Source: Cirrosporium novae-zelandiae
Taxonomy: Eukaryota
Reading direction: 5' to 3'
NCBI GenBank assembly: GCA_026023565.1
Contig: JAPETS010000005.1
Span: 558,001-622,000 of the forward strand
Length of the DNA: 64,000 nucleotides
Part shown: one piece after another, positions 1 to 13,030 of the stretch
Layout of the letters: each line of letters begins with the position of its first letter
How positions within the stretch are numbered: the first letter of the stretch is position 1
The notes under the pieces: generated by a model
The model's input: only the letters and a program-made list of their open reading frames with translations
What the model was told of the DNA's origin: nothing
Databases searched by the model: none
Translations under genes and position numbers: made by a program

Positions 1-409
1 TACTTGGGGGGCCGGGCATGCAATGTAGCAAGTAGAACATCGACACCGAATTGAACCGCTGTTTTGTTGGAAGCGGCTCGAAGATGTCATGGAGTATGCA
101 CTCCGTATCTGGTCTGCCCATTTTAGCTTTCGAGGCTTCCAGAGCGTTGGGGTTGAGATCGGCGAGTGTCATGTGTACATCTGCTGGAATTTTGGCGTGA
201 CTCAGGAAATATCCAGTTCCAACACCGATATCGAGATGATTTTTGCCCATATTCTCTCGAAAGAATGGTAGAAGAACTTTGGTGGTCCGGCAGCGCCATG
301 CGTAGCTATTCACAACACCAAGCACCCACCAGTCATAGATAGCCAGTAGCCAGCGACTGTAAATGGCTGCGCCCTGCGCGCCAGTCTTCTCTTGTACGTT
401 TGAAGACAT
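1..409 (-). CDS. SAM-dependent methyltransferase, GedG/TpcM/PtaI-like (5' part; runs off window start)
   Basis: Not in ORF track. Manual translation from ATG 409: MSSNVQEKTGAQGAAIYSRWLLAIYDWWVLGVVNSYAWRCRTTKVLLPFFRENMGKNHLDIGVGTGYF...FYLLHCMPGPPS. SAM motif HLDIGVGTG; clearly paralogous to 15939..16637. Confidence 0.88.
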   Translation of the reverse strand, partial: MSSNVQEKTGAQGAAIYSRWLLAIYDWWVLGVVNSYAWRCRTTKVLLPFFRENMGKNHLDIGVGTGYFLSHAKIPADVHMTLADLNPNALEASKAKMGRPDTECILHDIFEPLPTKQRFNSVSMFYLLHCMPGPPS

Positions 410-1436
410 TGAACGGGTAATTTTAGAAAGATAATTTTGCAATGTCTCTGTATAGGAAAATGGGATGATAACTTTGGTGGATGCAGCTTTTGGACGTTTG
501 GTGTCTCTAATAGAAAAAAATTCCAAGATCTGGATAGTAATGTACAAAGTAGGTGGGGTTTTCAATTGACAGTAAGTAAGCTGGGTTGGAAAGAATCTAG
601 CAGGACTAGATTATATAGACTGTTACAGTCCTCAGTGAAATCAACCTTCACAGAGCCGGCTGGTAATATTGGAAGGATTAAGATGCAAAGGATTTTGCCA
701 TGGAGGTATCAGGATTGTAATCAAGGGGTAAGATTGATTGGTTTGCATCCTGAACCTCAAGAGAATATCAAACATATTTCTCAAGACTTCAGCTGGTATG
801 GAGGATACTTTGGGGGCTGTCAGCCTATTGAACTCTGAGGGTAAGCGAGGCTTCACGGATATGCAGAGATTTGGATACGAAAACATAAACTAGACTTGAC
901 CGATTTTTCTTTTGGCTGATTCGGATTTCGTTCAGTTCGCCTGCAGTTCCCTCGCCGTTACTTTCGAGATGTACCATATAAGAACTAAGGGTAAGGTAAG
1001 ACTAGACTAGGGCAACCAATATTGTTAACGGGATTGGCTTGTTCACTAGTCGGCTTCTTCAGCTTAAAGTGCCGAGGTGCCCTAGAAGTTAGATTAACCA
1101 AAAATGCATCCCTTTCGTCCTCCCTACATCCGGCTACTACTACAGTTCACAGCATATGCAACTACTTTAGGAACTAAAACCCTTGCCTTAGCTATAGGTT
1201 GATGCCTCTACTGAGTCGTGTTAGAGTAAATCAATGAAGTCAATCTGGTTTGAGGTATAGGTCATCATGTATTGGTTATCGAAGGCAATCACAATGAAGA
1301 TCAAAACAGCAACAATGACACTATTTATGGTTGCAGCAGAATCTTCTTTTGCTGGCCTATCTGTATTCTGTGTTGAGTATTAAAACTCTATTCTATAAAC
1401 CTCACAAGAAGAAATCAACTGGAGTAGCGCCATACC

Positions 1437-2003
1437 ATGTCTCTCCATAGTCTCTTTCCTCACCCTGACTATGCCGAAGAGCAACCCCTCCATCACACCA
1501 TTCTCACTTATCACGTCCTCCATCGGGGGTTCCAGGCCGGAGCTTTCATAGGCCTTCCGATTGGTATATGTCGGTCATATCGCAAAGCACGTGCAGCAGC
1601 ATCATGGTCATTGCCTACCCATGCCAAAAGCTCAACTGCACCCAAATGGTTGGAGCTTCCATATCTACGCTTCACACCTATATTTGTTCGCACTATCGGC
1701 TCGTCTTGTGTTGTCGGTACTGGCTTGATTATATTGGCACTTATTGGATGGATGTATGGCCGCGAGACCATTGAATGGAAAGATAGGAGTTGGAGGCTGC
1801 TAGCTAATGCCGGGCAAATGCGTGTGGATGATTGGAGTCTGGGTGGCATGGCGACTGCAGTAACTGCTACGGCAGCTATTAGCGGCAAGAATGACGTGAA
1901 GAAATTGGGATGGAAAGGCGGTATTGGTGTACTAGGACTTGGGACTGTGGGTGGTTTGGTCTTGATGGAGGTCTTTGGGAGCTTTCCTCAAGGCAAAAAG
2001 TAA
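1437..2003 (+). CDS. Conserved fungal hypothetical membrane protein (188 aa)
   Basis: Intronless ORF with several Gly-rich hydrophobic segments and an N-terminal FPHPxYAEEQP motif; TATA-like ctataaa near 1393. Confidence 0.65.
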   Translation: MSLHSLFPHPDYAEEQPLHHTILTYHVLHRGFQAGAFIGLPIGICRSYRKARAAASWSLPTHAKSSTAPKWLELPYLRFTPIFVRTIGSSCVVGTGLIILALIGWMYGRETIEWKDRSWRLLANAGQMRVDDWSLGGMATAVTATAAISGKNDVKKLGWKGGIGVLGLGTVGGLVLMEVFGSFPQGKK

Positions 2004-2827
2004 AAGTCAAAGGTGAAAGAGGTAACTTCATGGTCCTATAGTCAATAAGGGAACAAAACGCAAAGCACAGTATATAACTACTTAGGAAGCTTTGATTGAA
2101 TATCAATTGTTGTGACGTTGTTGTTGATGAAAATTGTAGTGCCTATAGACATGATGTTCTTGAATATTAATTATTTTGATATTGTTGTCGTCTATAGGAA
2201 TTATTTATATGATTTGTACAGAATACCCCTTATCATAGCATTCAATATAATAATATATACAAACCCACATTAGATACCCATTTTCTCTAAGAGTCCTCCC
2301 CACAACTTTAAAAAAAAAGTCAATTGCCGTCAAAAATTCTATCTTGCATCAAGGCACCCTCAATATTCGAAAAGTAAAAGTAGATCTGAATCCAAACTGC
2401 TTGTTCAAGTCTTGAGAAGCAAAAAGTCGTTCCACCTTTGAGATCGACAGTTGGGCAAGTTTCGTCAAACCGGTATGGAAATCGCCGTGTCCCCGATATA
2501 TATTCTCCACTCGGGCCGATGATTCCGTCCTTTTCAGCGTCATGACACCAAATCAAAGGCTTCGATAAAAGGTCGAGATCCTTCAAGTCAAAATTCATCC
2601 CCTCTATATATATTTCTTTACCTCATTTGTCCATAGCAATCAAAGAATGATCCATTCATATCTACAAACTCGCCAAACACTGCATGAATGTCTTGAGAGC
2701 CGAGAACATCATGGGAGCCGTTCATTCTCTTTTGTCCTGTCCTGACTGCGCCTGAACTAGTATGTGTCCTTCCCCTCCCCTAAAGATAAGCAACAAGCGA
2801 CCACAGAAGCAACGTTGAAATTTAGAC

Positions 2828-4492
2828 TTACCGATTTCCTAATTGTAATTGCATAGGTTGCATGTTGGTACGGAGAAATCCCTCGTAATCAAACACATAA
2901 TATCCTTTTGCAGTCAATTCATCCCACTTCTTTCCCAGTGACTGGTGAATCTCTCTGAAATGGACTTTGAAGTATTCGCGCAAGGCTGGAAAATGCGAGA
3001 TCTTAACAAGCTTATCTAGGGTGATAACATCTATATGCCTACTTAGCATTGTCTTCTCTGATGTTTATGCTAAGCTTCGAAGCTTGCCTGATAATGAGAA
3101 CAGAGCGCAGGACCTAGAGCCGGCACTGAGCCCCTGAAGAGCGTCGAATACCATCTCAGCGGCCCTACGCCCGTCGCTAGCCCAGTCTTTTGTTCTTGCA
3201 TGCCGATTCGACTGTTGAGCCATCTTATCATTCACCTTCAACCACGTTAATAATGCTAATGTAGCTTTGGTGTCATAACTCACCCGTTTCGCCGCCCACC
3301 GAGGTGACAAATGCTCCTCACGCACTAGCCGTTGCTCCTCTCGTCTAAAGACTTCCCAGCTAAGGAGCCCATACACCACCCCTAATGCACTTGAGACCCC
3401 CCCAAGCTCACCAAGCAACTGTCCGAATTCTTCGGGCGATTGAGGCACGATGGCAGAGGAATATTTGCATCTGGTGTAGATGCTTCTAACCTTTTCATTG
3501 TGGTCACGCATCGTTGGAACTGGTGCTTGTCGAATAGACTCGAGTGAACGCTTAAGTTTGTTCATTCGTTCAATGCATGTACTTGCTCTTTGATCGATTG
3601 CGTTCAGTGGTATCGGGGATGGGGACCTTACCGCATCGACAGGAGCTTGTAAAGTCCTCTCGAAATTGCCACGAGGCAAACGCGAAATGGACTTATTTCT
3701 GTTGGGCCTTCGTTTATGTGTTGCAGATTGAGAGGCCGATTGGAGAGTGTCTACCCATTTGATCGGGGCAGTTTGTGGTGCGCATTCTATGCTCTCTATT
3801 CTAGCCGAGGCCACTCCATGTGGAGAAGGGGCCGTGGACACTGAATTTGAATCTGACCCTGAAGCCACAGTGAATACCTAGGAGAAAGGCGATGTAATGC
3901 TCAGCCAAATTCATTCTTCAATGGTTACAATAAAAAGATAACTTACGTGGTCATGCTCCGTGGTTGAGCTAGAACTCTCATTCGGAACCGAGGATGATCT
4001 CCATGAATTTCTAGCATTACCGATATTAAGATTTTCGGAGTAGTTAATAACTGGGGGTTCTATTTCCATCCATGATAGGGTGTCTGGAAATAGCGATGGT
4101 TGTGGGTTATTATGTTCCCTTGGGTTGATTTGCTCAACGGTGAATATTGAGGTTTCGGCAAAATTTGGTGAAGATGCTGTGGTAGTGGAAGGAGTTGGAA
4201 GCTGGGGAATCTTCGGGTCAGAACCTTTTCTTTTCGGCCGTTTATGAGCATTGTCTTGGGACTGCCCAAGGATATGTGCGGCGTATCTGGTCCCCTGTTG
4301 TAGCGGAAGTGCCTGCCCCTCGGACACCACTGTCGCTTGAGCAATGGATTGAAGAGTGGCTAACCATAGCTCTGCACAATCTACCTGCTGAAAGGTTTTT
4401 TGAGCGGTGGGTTCGCCGTTAACGATGAAAGTCGAGTGCAGAGACAGCGGGTCTAATGTCAACCGAATTTCCAGGCGGTGATGGGACTCCAT
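2828..4492 (-). CDS. Multi-exon hypothetical protein inside the cluster, possibly nuclear (3' end uncertain)
   Basis: ORFs 3911..4522, 3065..3868 and 2828..3049 join in frame via introns 3878..3946 (GTAAGT..TAG) and 3031..3087 (GC-AG), plus a probable in-frame intron near 3237..3284. ATG 4492. Basic stretches HKRPKRKG and HKRRPNRNK. Confidence 0.6.
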
Positions 4493-5041
4493 AATGGTGA
4501 GTTTGAATGGGGAGAATAACAATGCGGCACATACTAACGTTGTAGGGTCTGTACCGATACTGTGTTTAAGAGGTGAAGCACTTGCACAGTCAAGAACCGC
4601 TTGATGCTTGTCTCCGTCCTCAGGAACGGAGGCAAGTGTTAGTTGTTAGTAGGGATCCAGGGCAAGCCAAGCGAGAACCAACCGATCCACATCTTAGGCT
4701 GGGGTTGGAATCCTGTGTATCGGGACGATCCGACAAGAAGATGATCCTTGCGACCCTAGATACACAGCCAAGTTCTAGCCAAGGAATACCCTTCTCGTCT
4801 GATTATACTTATCTTAAATTGTACAACGGTCAAATCCTTCTTATCCTTCCTCATCATCCTCATATATTCGCCTCCAACAGAAGATCCACTCCAACAGCCA
4901 CCAAATTCGGATCCCAGAATCAGCAATACCCATGCAACATGCATTTGTGCTATTGTCAGCATCTTTGACATTGACTCTTTATATCTAGGGCGCTGTCTTG
5001 TCGGGTCATGTCTTCATCTACATACCTACCACCTTTCAACA

Positions 5042-6048
5042 ATGGCCGGAGGATATCGCCAGATCAACAAAAGTCTCAACGCTTGCGCTTTTGAAGACTA
5101 CCTATCTACACAGCAGGCTTATCTGCCATCACTGGCCATCGTGGAAAATGTTAGCCCACGTGTTGTACGCGTGTTGGGAGGAAACCCCGGAAAGGTTGAT
5201 CAGTCTCATGTTCTTCAATGCAGTACAACGACTAATGCGGTAAATAGTTCACACTTCAAGGCACAAATACCTACCTTGTTGGCACAGGCCCGTCCAGGCT
5301 TCTGATCGACACAGGTCAGGGAATTCCTGTTTGGTCACAAACCATTGCAGATTACCTCGCTGCTGAGAATATCGAAATTTCCCATGTTCTCTGCACCCAC
5401 TGGCATGGCGACCACACCGGTGGTATTCCAGATCTTATCTCGCTATACCCCTCTTTATCGTCGTCGATTTACAAATGCCACCCCGACAAAGGTCAACTTC
5501 CCATTTATGATGGCCAAACTTTTACCGTCGAAGGTGCCACGGTAACAGCGTTGTTCACCCCGGGTCATTCACACGATCATATGTGCTTTGTGCTACAAGA
5601 AGAAAATGCCATGTTTACTGGGGATAATGTGTTGGGACATGGAACAACGGCCGTTGAAGACCTGGGAACATTCATGTCAACACTCCAGGTAATGCTTGCG
5701 CGTGACTGCATTCTCGGCTATCCTGCACATGGAGATGTGATTCCCAAGCTGAAGCTGAAAATCTCCGAGTACTTGGGGCAGAGATTGAGAAGGGAAAGGC
5801 AAGTTCTGTTAGCCCTCAAGAAATTGAAAAAGGCCAACAGTGGTGGCGGCGGTAGGTCTAGGGGCAGTGCAACGGTTAGAGAATTGGCCATAGCGGTTCA
5901 TGGGGAGGGTATGGATGAATCGCTTTACGAATTGGTTCTAGAGCCGTTCATGGGCGAGGTATTATCGAAACTTGCGGAGGATGGGAAGGTGGGGTTTGAG
6001 CTAAGCCGGACAGGGAAGAAATGGTATCTGAACGAATTCAACCAATAA
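5042..6048 (+). CDS. mdpF: Metallo-beta-lactamase-type thioesterase (atrochrysone carboxyl-ACP thioesterase; MdpF/GedB/AptB family)
   Basis: GGYRQINKSLNACAFEDYL N-terminus; intron 5195..5247 joins NPGK|FTLQGTNTYLVG; metal motif THWHGDHTGG; TPGHSHDH, FTGDNVLGHG and GYPAHG. Confidence 0.93.
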
Positions 6049-7396
6049 GGCTGGTTGATTAAGGTATAGAATATTTAAATGCTTACGCGGAGCCAGGGTA
6101 GTATTATGTTTTACAGGATTAAATATAAAGGATGGGTCCCTAGGTAGTTAGTACAATCAGTTAAAGATGAACTGGGTATTAGGTTAAATTGACCCAACAA
6201 CATGGGCACATTCGGATTTACTTGCGAAAACTGGATTGGTGGAAATTTTATACTTTCCAACAGCTTTGGAGGGTTGACTGTACGTTCGACTTGTGTAAAG
6301 TTCGTCTTCTTCAGAGAATTTGCTTCACTTGGCTAGCCGAGCCACCCCGAACGGGCCGTAGTTTAGCGTTCCTCAATCTTTCGTATTTTCGTATTGCCGG
6401 ATTGTCGTACCGCCGTATTGTACCTTGTTCTTTCGCCTTGTAACTTACTTAATTACCTTTTCGACTTATCATTTTTTCCTTTCATCCTTAATTATACTTT
6501 ATTTTTATTACTATGGTCATAAATGCTTCGCTCGACTAGCTGCTAACTTAAATGTTGCCTCACTAATCTAATAGACTCCTTTTTAGTCTCCCCGCTGTGT
6601 TCAAAGGGTGCGCAGGATTCTGTCTCATTCTTCATCCACTAATGCAAGGAATCAACACCTATGCTAAATGCTCTTGTACTACAGTATGAGTTATAGCCCT
6701 CAACCTTCAGCTTCAAAACGTGGTATCTCTGGTTCGGTGAGCTCCGCCTAGTATTCTATCTCTATAACCATATCAATCAACCGACCTCAACATCACTGCT
6801 AGAGGAGTAGGGTGTGTCATATCTAGCTATCCGAAGGGACTGACCCTTCTACAAACATGGTTAATAGAACTTTGGTGGCGGCTTATGCCTTACCATAAAC
6901 GGTCGTTTGGTCAGATATAGGTAATTCAGTGACCATTGCGCAAGTTGAACTAGCAGGCATAAGCACAGACCAAACTAATTGATAATCCAAAAACCGTTGC
7001 TGCGGCTCATCATCACTACCCCCGTGTTTCTCATGAAACCTATGGATGGTCAAAGGACTGCATGTGGTTGCCAATCTAGGCGAGGCCGTAAGATAGCTGA
7101 ATTCTAGCCAAAGACGTGAGGTACGATATCATGGAGGATTGGAGTTTGTTTACTTCCTTCAGCAGGAATCTTCTAGCAAGAGCAACGAGCCATGGGATGC
7201 CTTGCCACGCGCAAATTACTGATAAGCAGTCGTGCTTATAACTAGTCAATAGTTACTCCTTTCAAGCCATGCTTCGGATCCTTTTTCTCCTGACAAGAAG
7301 TAAAGCTTTACAAATATATACCCTGTGTGTCTCTCATTGAAAATCCATAATCACACAACATTTCCCCTATCTTTCTCAATTTTTTTTTTATCAAAC

Positions 7397-10300
7397 ATGA
7401 ATACCCCTTGCTCCAATTCTTCTTTGGGTGGCAACGAAATGAAGCTGGTTCACTTCAGCAACGAGTTCCCTCACGATGATCTCTCCGAGCTTTTTCGTTG
7501 TTTGCATGTCCACAGCAAAAAGCAAGCGCACTCAATCTTGGCTAGCTTTCTTGACCAGGCTACTTTTGCTCTACGAGATGAAGTGCAAAAGTTACCTCGT
7601 GTATCAAAGGCTCTAGTTCCGCACTTTGAAAGCATTTCAAACCTAGCAGACAATGCAGAATTACGAAAGGGTCCACTCGGAGGGGCGGTAGAGGGAATGC
7701 TATTATGTGTCTTTGAACTGGCTACATTCATAGGGTGGGTTAGATTCGATATCCTTTTAGGAACCCCTTACTGAAAGATTATCCAGTTACCATGAGTGCC
7801 ACCCCAACGATTACAACTTCAGCACATCTAACTCGTGTCTTGTTGGTATGGGCATGGGCCTGCTTGCCTCGGCTGCTGTATCATTATGCCATAACTTGGC
7901 TGATATAGCTTTTGTTGGAGCTGAGGTGGTCCGTATTGCGTTTCGCTTAGGCGTGGTTGTAGATGAAGTTTCTCAGAACCTAGAGCCACGAGAAATAGGA
8001 AGTGCACCTGACAGTTGGGCGTGCGTGGTATCAGATATCGACGAAGGGGATGTGCAGAAAGAGCTGGATTTATTTCATAAGAATAATGTAAGATCCTTGA
8101 CCATGCTAATTGAAGTATATTTACTGATTGGCAATCCTAGAATGTTCCCGAGCCGAGTCAAATTTTCATCAGTGCCGCCGGGAAAAACTCGGTGACCGTG
8201 AGCGGGCCTCCTTCAAGGCTGAGAACCCTATTTCGGAAGTCTGGCTATTTCCGAGATGCGAGATCCGTCACTCTTCCCGTTTATGGAGGCTTGTGTCACG
8301 CAGGACACATCTACACTGCAGAACATGTTAAGACCATCCTGAAAATCAATTCCCTGGAGTATCTAGAACAAAATTATTGTTCTAGAGTACCCATCCTTTC
8401 TACAGGAACAGGTAAAGCATATCCTCTAGCAGGTGCCACAGATCTACTTGAGAGACTAGTTGGTGAACTCTTAACCCAGCAAATACGTTGGGATCGAGTA
8501 GTTGATGGGGTCATCGAATATGCGGCCGCTACAGGAACGTCAGAATGTACCGTCTTTGTCTTCCGGATATCTCATCCAGTACAGGATCTCATTTCAACCT
8601 CCAAGTCTAGAATAAGAGAATTGAAAGTAACCACCGAAGATCTCTTGCCATGGATTACAGCTAAGTCAGACGAAGGGACGACTCCTAGAGGCCCGCTCCA
8701 GTCTAAAATTGCAATTGTGGGAATGGCATGTCGGTTGCCAGGTGGTATCACGGACCCCGAGAGCTTCTGGCACGTGTTGGAACAGGGGTTAGATCTTCAT
8801 CGAAAAATCCCTGCTGATCGATTCAACGTTGAAACACATTACGATCCAGATGGAAAGAGACTCAATGCAAGTCACACCCCCTATGGATGCTTTGTGGAGG
8901 AGCCTGGGATGTTTGACGCCGCCTTCTTTAATATGTCCCCACGTGAAGCACAACAGACTGATCCGATGCATCGCCTGGCCCTCGTGACAGCCTACGAAGC
9001 CCTGGAACGAGCAGGCTATGTGTCCAATCGAACTCTCTCTACGGATTTACGCCGCGTCGGAACTTTTTATGGACAAGCTAGTGACGATTATCGAGAAGTG
9101 AACACTGCGCAAGAGATCGGGACTTACTTTATTCCAGGTGGCTGCCGTGCCTTTGCACCCGGCCGCATTAATTATTTCTTCAAGTTTTCGGGGCCCAGCT
9201 TCAGCTGTGATACCGCATGCTCATCTAGTCTAGCAACGATCCAAATTGCCTGCACGTCGCTCTGGAGTGGTGACGCTGATACGGTAGTTGCTGGCGGTTT
9301 AAACATTCTAACCAATTCGGACGCTTTTGCGGGCCTAAGTAATGGCCACTTTCTCTCGAAAACGGGCAGCTGTAAGACCTGGGACAGCGAAGCAGATGGG
9401 TATTGCCGCGCAGACGGTGTGGGATCAATTGTGCTCAAACGACTTGAGGATGCAGAAGCTGACAATGACAACATTTTGGGTGTTATTCTATCATCAGCTA
9501 CAAATCATTCCGCCGAAGCCATTTCTATCACCCACCCACATGCAGGTGCACAATCTTATCTTTACGATAAAGTCATCACGCGTGCGGGAATAGACCCGCT
9601 TGATGTGAGCTACGTGGAAATGCACGGTACAGGTACACAGGCAGGTGATTCAGTCGAAATCAAGTCTGTCTCAGATGTCTTCGCACCTTTAACTCGACGC
9701 CGGAGTTCTAATCAGCCCTTGTATATCGGAGCTGTTAAATCTAATGTCGGCCATAGTGAAGCAGCGGCAGGCATAACAGCTTTGATAAAAGTCCTTTGCA
9801 TGTTACAAAAGAATGCCATCCCACCACATGTGGGGATCAAACATTCAATCAATCCCTCTTTTCCCAAGGATCTAGATAAACGAAACCTGAATATTGCCTT
9901 CGAACAGACACCCTGGGTTGCACCCCCGGGCAAGAAACGGGTCGCCGTTGTTAATAACTTTAGTGCTGCCGGTGGAAATACAACTCTTGCGCTAGAGGAG
10001 GCTCCTATCAGAAAAATTGTCGAGGTCGACCCCCGTTCAGCTCATGTTATTACGGTCTCTGCCAAAAGTAAGGTCTCACTGAAGGGCAATGTTGAACGCC
10101 TGTTATCGTACATTGAAGCTCATCCCGATGTTTCTCTATCCGATCTTTCGTACACAACATGCAGTCGACGAGTCCATCACAATCATAGAATTGCTCTCCC
10201 AGTTACAAAGATGGAGCAGCTTGAAAAACAATTGACTCCATACCTTGAATCTGCTCTGTCACATAAGCCGATACCAACTAACGGTTCACCCGAAGTCACA

Positions 10301-13030
10301 TTCGCCTTCACTGGCCAGGGCTCATTCTACACGTCCGTCGGTTCACAGTTTTTTAAAGACATTCCTGCCTTCCGCTCTCAGATCATGCATTTGGATGCTC
10401 TTGCACAAGCCCAAGGATTCCCATCTGTTGTCTCCGCCATTACTGGCAATATCACTGACGATGAATCAATTTCGCCAATTACCACGCAGCTTACTATAAT
10501 CTGTGTTGAGATAGCACTTGCAAAACTTTGGATTTCTTTGGGAGTGAAGCCTAGTGCTGTTATCGGCCATAGCTTGGGTGAATATGCAGCGCTCCATGTC
10601 GCCGGGGTGCTTTCGGCCAGTGACACCATCTTCCTCGTCGGTAAGCGCGCTGAACTCTTGGAAGAAGAGTGTGAGATTGGAAGCCATATCATGATGGCGG
10701 TGCGAGGTACACTTGAGGAGATTAAATCCAGTGCTGGCGACAGCCCCTACGATGTTGCCTGTATCAACGGAGAGAAGGACATTGTCCTGAGTGGAACCCA
10801 AGAGGAGATAGATTCATTGTCTCAGACTCTGCAAGGAGCTGGGCATAAGTGTCACAAACTGGACATCCCTTACGCATTCCACTCCCCTCAGGTTGATCCC
10901 ATTCTTGATGAGTTCGAGGACAATGCGAAAGGAGTTATTTTCAAGGCGCCAAATATACCCATCATCTCCCCACTACTTGGAAAAGTTATCTTCGATGACA
11001 AAACAGTCAACGCTAGTTACCTGCGCCGAGCGACTAGAGAGACCGTGAACTTCCTTGGAGCTCTTGATACTGCACATAAAATGACAACTGTCGATGAGAA
11101 GACAGTCTGGATTGAAGTTGGACCACACCCGATCTGCTGCGGTTTTGTCAAGAACTCGGTGCCTTTCAACTTGGCTGTTCCAACCTTGCGCAAGAATGAG
11201 GACAGTTGGGTCACAATGGCTCAGAGCATGAGTGCTTTGCACTCTGGTGGAGTGGAGCTTGACTGGAATGAGTTTGATCGCCCATTTGAAAGGGCTCTTA
11301 CACTCCTCCAACTACCGACATATAGCTGGAACGAGAAAAACTACTGGCTGCAATATAATGGAGATTGGGCCCTCACCAAAGGAAATTCCACCGGAGAACG
11401 CCCGATGGCTGCAAGCGCCTTAGGAACAAGCTCAGGCCTAAAGACCTCTACGGTTCACCAAATTATCGAGGAAAGTTTTACAGACGTGACGGGTAAGGTG
11501 GTTATGCGATCTGATCTAATGCAGCCAGACTTTTTCGCTGCTGCCAACGGACATAATATGAATGCTTTGGGCGTAGTTACTTCAGTAAGCTTTGGTAAAA
11601 TCCTAACACAATAATTAATACTAACTTGTCTACAGTCTATCCACGCCGACATTGCCTATACCATGGCTGAGTATGCCTATAAGAAGATCAGTCCTGGTAC
11701 TAGTAAAGTTGCCATGAACATTAAAGACCTAGCTGTTACACATGCGCTTATTGCCCAGAAACATAGCAAAGAGCCACAACTGATTCAGGTCACAGCTGTT
11801 GCTGATCTTCGAGTTAGCGCAGCTGCTCTCACATGGGCAAATGTCAACACGGACGGGCAGGTCGGAGATACTTTCGCTACAGCTACTGTTGAGTATGGGG
11901 ATTCCTCGGCTTGGCTTTCCGAGTGGAGACGTGTTGCCCATCTGGTTCAAGGCCGCATCGAATCTTTGGAGAGATTGGCAAAAGAAGGATCTGCCAACAA
12001 GCTGTCAAGAAGTATGACCTATCGACTTTTTGCTAATCTTGTCGACTATGCGGAGAAGTATCAAGGCATGCATTCCGTGGTCCTCAATGGACTCGAAGCG
12101 TATGCGGATGTAGTCCTTACCACTGAAAAGGGTGGCACCTGGACCCTCCCGCCTTACTATATCGACAGCTTGGCACATATAGCAGGTTTCATCATGAATG
12201 GCAGTGATGCCCTTGACAATAAGAGTAACTTTTTCGTTACTCCTGGCTGGTCATCTATGCGGTTTGCGAAACCTCTCGTGGCAGGTGGGAAATATCAATC
12301 CTACGTGAAAATGATACCAAATGAGGAGGATCCAGGCATGTACGTTGGTGATGTCTACATCCTGCAGAACTCTACCATTATCGGCATGGTTGGTAGCATC
12401 CGGTTCCACCGATATCCTCGCATCCTCCTAAACCGCTTGTTCCATGCACCTGATGATGAGAAGCAAAAGGCTGTTGCACCGGCATCCAAACCAGCTGCCG
12501 CTATCGCCCAACCGTCACACATCGCCAACGGCAATATTCAGATTAACGGAACTATCCCTTCAACTACTACTCATACGAATGGAATCGTTGCCTCGAATTC
12601 TACACATGTCAATGGGGTCACTTCTTTAACTGCCACCCACGCCTACGAAGTCAACGGCACTTCAGCCCCTGCTACCAATAGTGTTAATGGTGTTTCCAGC
12701 AGCTTGCCAGCCGCAGAGCCTGTCACCAACGGAACGACCACCAATGGAACTACTACTAACGGAGCCACCACCAATGGAGCTACCGCCAAAGTTGATGAAA
12801 ATTCAATCACTGCCCGCGCCATGCTACTGGTAGCCAACGAAGCAGCCCTCGAGCCCTCAGAGCTCGTCGATGATGCCATGTTCTCGTCTCTCGGGATAGA
12901 CTCGCTGATGTCGCTGGTGATCGCAGAAAAATTCCGCGAGGAGCTCGGGGTCAATGTCAGTGGATCGCTGTTCCTTGAGTATCCTACCATTGGCGACCTC
13001 AAGGCCTGGTTAATGGAGTATTATTCTTAA
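7397..13030 (+). CDS. mdpG: Non-reducing polyketide synthase, group V, TE-less (SAT-KS-MAT-PT-ACP); atrochrysone carboxylic acid synthase-like
   Basis: SAT start [19 protein letters not shown] and [21 protein letters not shown] and AFHS; PT region; [12 protein letters not shown]; ends [10 protein letters not shown] with no TE. Introns about 7735..7786, 8088..8140 and 11585..11634. Confidence 0.95.
12724..12785 (+). repeat. 15-nt coding tandem repeat (TNGxT)x4 in the PT-ACP linker
   Basis: Translation TNGTTTNGTTTNGATTNGAT within an NG-rich linker. Confidence 0.8.

Noticed and set aside
2320..2598. 92-aa minus-strand ORF as a further exon of the orphan gene
   Set aside because: The splice paths I tried from the donor at 2831 stop near 2700 and do not reach it; no recognisable motif.
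920..7279. TTCGGAT recurring near cluster genes (920, 4906, 6211, 7273) as a possible Zn2Cys6 site
   Set aside because: Short motif that also occurs outside the cluster (e.g. near 25377); no clear AflR-type TCG-N5-CGA palindrome; enrichment cannot be tested by eye.
8789..13002. Many antisense ORFs over the PKS (similar ones over the septin, kinase and MFS genes)
   Set aside because: Shadows of long coding sequences on the opposite strand.
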